DNA of 63,377 bases, the filler included, from Craspedostauros australis (taxonomy: Eukaryota): NCBI GenBank assembly GCA_030167865.1. It is 7 parts of 7 records of this genome, joined end to end, with 100 filler letters (N's around TTAATTAATTAA, not from the genome) between each part and the next. Parts side by side here need not be neighbours in the genome. Positions count along the whole stretch, not along the records: positions 54,008 to 59,941 come from JALAGF010000330.1; positions 60,042 to 62,076 come from JALAGF010000331.1; positions 62,177 to 63,377 come from JALAGF010000332.1; 4 more parts are not named here. One strand, 5' to 3'. Below, piece by piece: positions 58,658 to 63,377 of the stretch (position 1 is the first letter of the stretch; every line of letters begins with the position of its first letter). The notes under the pieces are model-generated. The model ran no database searches. It was given only the letters and a program-made list of their open reading frames with translations, and was not told the DNA's origin. Position numbers and translations under genes: made by a program.

Positions 58658-61600
58658 TGGATGGCATTCGTTTGGTTGATGTTGGCCGGCATCAGCAGGG
58701 GAGAAATGCAGGCAGTTGCCTGTGGTTGGCAGAAAGCTAGAGAGAGGCTGATGCGAAGATGGAGCAAGGAAGGAGAGGCGACTAGTCCAGACTCAAGCTT
58801 CTGCTCTACTCGCACAGGAAGCAGGCAGAGTAAAATGGAATCGATCGAAGCTGCTGTGCACCCTCGATGGTGTTCTCTGCGATTGCGTTGTTGGAACTTG
58901 ACTGTAGCAAGGCGGAGGTGCAGAATGGATTGTTGGGATGCTGTTGCGGAATTTCTCGGCGAAGAAGACTCTTGCCGGGGAAGTGCAACCATTTGGGGCC
59001 AAGATGCCGCAGCACGCTTTTTGGCAGCACGAATGATACGTCATTGGTTTCCACCAGAAGAACAGCGCATTACGCCGGCCCAGGAGTTATTCGAAGGCCT
59101 GTAGGCATGGTGCTCCTGCAGCGTGCGCCCCAACCGTGGAATCATGTGGGCGTGATGCGACCGCGGGAGAGGCGCCCCATCTTCAAGAATTGCAAGTAAA
59201 GCATGTTACATTCTGCCCAGACTATTTCACACTTCAACCTCCCTGAACAGAACGTCGTCAACTTCAGCCCAGGCAACGTGCATCCGAGAGTAAATGTATC
59301 GGGTTCATCCTGCAGGATACGAGCCACAAGAGAACAAGAACATGAATGAATCTCCACACGGCCTGTTCTTTGCGAGGTACACACCTCATTCGCTCTCTGG
59401 TCCTTGCGACAAGCGGAGAAGCTCCACCCCACCCCATGGTGGCGGCAAGAGGACGGATACAAGTGGGCAGACAGAAGCGCTCCTGCGTTGCTGGTAGTGT
59501 GCGCGTGTAGCTCGAATGGTGGGTTGTATCATGCGAGTTGAGATTCAATGAGGGACAGACTAGTACCGAACACGGTATCAACCCGATGGGAGAAATTCCT
59601 GTTTTGGCGCGAAATCTTCCGACTTGATTGACCACCAAACCTTTTTCTCCTCCTTTCTCTCCTCCATTCACGAATCCATCATGACTCAAACCTGACCGAC
59701 CTGACTCACACCCCACCTGGGAACTATATGCTCTTCAGATCCTCCTTACTAAAACTTATCTCGATTCCTTCATTGCTGATGACNNNNNNNNNNNNNNNNN
59801 NNNNNNNNCATGCGTATCCAACTTGCTTCAACTCAAGCAATGGAATCCGAGTGTCAGCTTCAGCCACAGCCACTGCTTCATGACCGTCACCACTGATTGT
59901 CATGACCTACACTGCAGTGTAACTACATGTGCGGAGAGCAANNNNNNNNNNNNNNNNNNNNNNNNNNNNNNNNNNNNNNNNNNNNTTAATTAATTAANNN
60001 NNNNNNNNNNNNNNNNNNNNNNNNNNNNNNNNNNNNNNNNNCGGACACATCACGTGACTTCGCTGGTGATGGGTGCCACTCACAAGTCACCCAGATCGCC
60101 AAGCCACCCATTCAAGATGTGTTCAGAATTAACTCAGGGATCGGTTCATGAAGCGCCGGAAAAAACAAAGGTCTGGAAGAGGCTTCAGCCTGGGATGCAC
60201 ACAAAAGGGATTTTTTNNNNNNNNNNNNNNNNNNNNNNNNNNNNNNNNNNNNNNNNNNNNNACCTTTGGAGGTATGAGCGCCCCACCCATTCTGAACACA
60301 TCAGTGTGTCGCCAGAGAATGTGGGAACGCATGGGGAGCATGTGGAGGAGCTGGAAGGATCGTATCGACGAGATACGGATCCAAATACGAATGGCATCTG
60401 CGTCGGAACCGGGTGTTCGAAAATTCTGCGTTTCAGTGCAGGGAGCCTTTGAGATATCCAATGCGCCCAGATTTTTCTATCCTTCATGGAGTGGATAGAT
60501 GGGGGGTGTGCGGAGCCAATGTGGTGCGCGGATTGTGAAAATGCCAGGGATGATAATGATGATCATGGGTGCTGAAGGTAGGGCAGCATGGTGCCATCGA
60601 GAATTTTTCCCACCCACAACCTGACTGACAGCAAGCCAAAAGGACATTAAAAATAAAGTTCATACAAATTTAACTTCGATATTCAGAATAAACGATAGCC
60701 AAGCGTCCGAATGCACTGTCTATTTTTAATTTTAAATGGTGTGGTGTTGAGATATAGCATCATAAGCAGTTGTTTGGATGGTTTTGGGTGTGCTCTATTT
60801 TAGTCTACTTTATCACGACTCATCACGAGTAAAACTCCACAACCAGTGCTATCGTGACCCATTTTACATTCTCTGCAGGTCGTACTGGAGAAGTATCCAA
60901 TCTTGCTTGATAGGGGCATGGTTGAAGACAGTGTCGGTGTTGATACGCGTAGAGGAGAGGGCACCGGCCGACGGCGGAAACGAAGCATGATGAAGCACAC
61001 TGCAGCCACTCGCATGTGTGTAACTACTGCACACAAGATCATGGCGGAGGTGAACTTCGATGCGTTGTAAAGCCAGGTTATCTCTGGACTAGCCCACGCT
61101 GTGTTTGCAGCGTGCGATCTCTTCAGCGACAACCTTGACACTTGTTGCCGCCGCCGCGTGGAGGAAGGGGAGAAATCACAAGGTCGATGAACGATTGCGG
61201 TCCCTGTTGCAGCTCGCTCCGCGGCGAGTGGCCAACGCCCCATCTACGAGTATGCAGCCATAACTCGTACTACAAATAGTACGACAAATGTACCTCGCTA
61301 TGCTAGGTCGTAAATTGCAACGAACCCCCTCTGGACGAAAGATGTATTGTGCTTGCATGACGGCGCCCGAACGATCCAGAGCTCGTGGATACGGCCCTGT
61401 GGTCGGTGGGATGAGATGGGCCGCCAGCTGCCACAACCTCGCCACCGAGTAGGGAGTTGTCGCTCGTGGGTATTCGCTGGGTGGGCGGCGTTGAAGTCGC
61501 AGGACATGGTCATCTTTCACCATTCCGAGTCCGTGCTTCTCCGACAGCCCAAGTAAGCGCCTATTCGCTACTTTATTCGGGTTTGGTTCGGATTGATACA

Positions 61601-62960
61601 AGGAACGGTGATACGTTTAATACCGTTCGGAGAATACTAATTGCGAACAGTCATAGCGAAAGGCAGCGGCCGAATTCGACGGTGTCGTTGTCACAAGTGA
61701 TTCACTAGAGGGGTTCGAGTGGCCCCAGAACTTGGGTACTGGGACACGCCGGGCTGTCGGAATTCCAGGGGGAGCCCCGCTATTGAGACTTGTCTGGACG
61801 CAATGGAGACAGCCACTTTCGTGGGGATTTAGGTCTTTGCAATGCCCATGTGACGTCACGATTCGCTTTCTTCCTTCCCTGTTTCCCACACTGTTTCGTC
61901 AAACTGTTTGTTTTCTCATGGTACCAACATGGTTTTTCGCATTTTTGCCCAATCTGAACCAAAATGATTGATTCGATTGTCCAGATCCCTCTTTTTGCAT
62001 CTCTTGTACGCAAATCATCGCATGATTCTTGTCTCTTCTTGTTTCTTTCTGTCAAAACAATGCACATTGTTAAAAANNNNNNNNNNNNNNNNNNNNNNNN
62101 NNNNNNNNNNNNNNNNNNNNTTAATTAATTAANNNNNNNNNNNNNNNNNNNNNNNNNNNNNNNNNNNNNNNNNNNNATGTCGATAGTATGCTGTGATTCG
62201 TCAGAATTACAGGGGAAATGGAACACACGAAAAGGGGCAAGATTTCTGGAGGAAATTTGCGATTGACGATTTCTGAGAGAATTGGAATAATCGTCCGTCC
62301 ATCCATCAATGGTACCAAGAGAATCTCGAGGTACTTCCCAACTAAACCTCAGATGACGATATCATCTGACAGACCGTAACATCACCAATGGAACGTGACA
62401 TCTGGAGAGCAGAAGGACACCTACTGATGTCGACAGGATGTCATCATGTCACCATGTCGACATCTGTCTCCAAGTCAGAGCAGAAGGCGAAGATCCGATG
62501 ACCGAAGAGGATCAGCATCATGGATACAGAAGGTGAACTTCAAATGGCGAGTACTCATGGAGTAGGAACCAGTACTGAACGAACGGAGTGTCGAATGCGG
62601 AGTACGCATCGAGCACGGAGTATCGTGTAGCACAAGCACACGATATTGAGAGAGAGAGAGAGAGAGAATACAGAGAGGAGCGAGAGAGAATCTCGCGTAC
62701 CGACTCATAGTCGGAGACCGAATCTACAAAACAGATTGAAGCGCCAAGAGCATCGGGCAAGAGAACGGGTGTACACCGAGAGGATCGGAGTAGCCAAGTA
62801 ATGAAATAGCAAACAGACGACTATCAACCAACACCACCTTCCACGATCGTAGGTTACCGTGAGCGGAACTTGCCAACACGTTTATAAACGATAGATCAGG
62901 GCGAGCCCGCGGATCGGATCGTGCGAGGAAGACGAACATCACTCAAGAGCAGCAGGCTGA

Positions 62961-63377
62961 ATGAGCAAGGAAGAGGAATTGAGAGATATCCCTCTGTCCA
63001 ATCCGACTATCAAGAGACAAGAAGGTGCGAGTGAGACTCCACCACGAGAAGAGAAGGAAGCAGCAGCGGCTACTGTCCTATCAAGCGCAGACGCAAGCGC
63101 GATCGACGAGACCGAAGAAGAACGGTCTGCAAGACTACACCGTAAGGAGAAGAGGATTCTCAAGGCGGTCAAGCAAGAGGAGACTGGTGTGACGGAGAGC
63201 ATTCGCACAGCCAAACAGAGTGGGAAAAGTGAGACACCACCAGGAGGGGAATTTGTGAGCAAATCAATCCTCGCGAAACAACAAGCGAAAATCTGTCGAG
63301 ATGTACATGTGAGTATATATCAAGATGTACGTGTATATGTGCATCGTTCACCCGTTATTCTCTCATACGCACTTGGA
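62961..63377 (+). CDS. 5'-partial view of an ORF running off the window end (Glu/Lys-rich; possibly a retroelement gag/ORF1 N-terminus or a first exon)
   Basis: ATG 62961 opens MSKEEELRDIPLSNPTIKRQEG... with no stop in 139 codons. It is absent from the ORF track because it is open-ended. Purine-rich sense strand. Confidence 0.4.
   Translation, partial: MSKEEELRDIPLSNPTIKRQEGASETPPREEKEAAAATVLSSADASAIDETEEERSARLHRKEKRILKAVKQEETGVTESIRTAKQSGKSETPPGGEFVSKSILAKQQAKICRDVHVSIYQDVRVYVHRSPVILSYALG

Noticed and set aside
60042..62076. Short contig with several small ORFs
   Set aside because: No recognisable domain, RNA gene or repeat structure could be supported from the sequence.

Overview
This is eukaryotic, diatom-like genomic DNA, judged from GT-AG introns, a VDR gene with a bipartite plastid presequence, diatom-type HSF/bZIP/LRR families and an Ambal-like LINE. 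It is not one continuous locus. Seven contigs are joined by artificial 100-nt linkers (44 N + TTAATTAATTAA + 44 N): 1-10751, 10852-41960, 42061-50489, 50590-53907, 54008-59941, 60042-62076 and 62177-63377. Host genes include a stand-alone COG3899-type STAND ATPase head-to-head with an ankyrin-BTB gene, two paralogues of a 'RVxF...WY...RGLE...VLxEQ' family, violaxanthin de-epoxidase-related (VDR, 4 exons), a heat-shock factor, a small single-pass membrane protein, a tail-to-tail pair of bZIP paralogues sharing an intron position, a membrane-anchored LRR protein followed by a pseudogene of its family, a Methyltransf_22-like protein and mitochondrial PDH E1 alpha. Mobile DNA includes two copies of an Ambal-like non-LTR retrotransposon (ORF1; APE-RT-RNase H ORF2), which together nearly reconstruct the element, and several probable DNA-transposon termini with palindromic or 10-bp-phased subterminal repeats near contig ends. 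All assignments come from motif recognition by eye; no database search was run.
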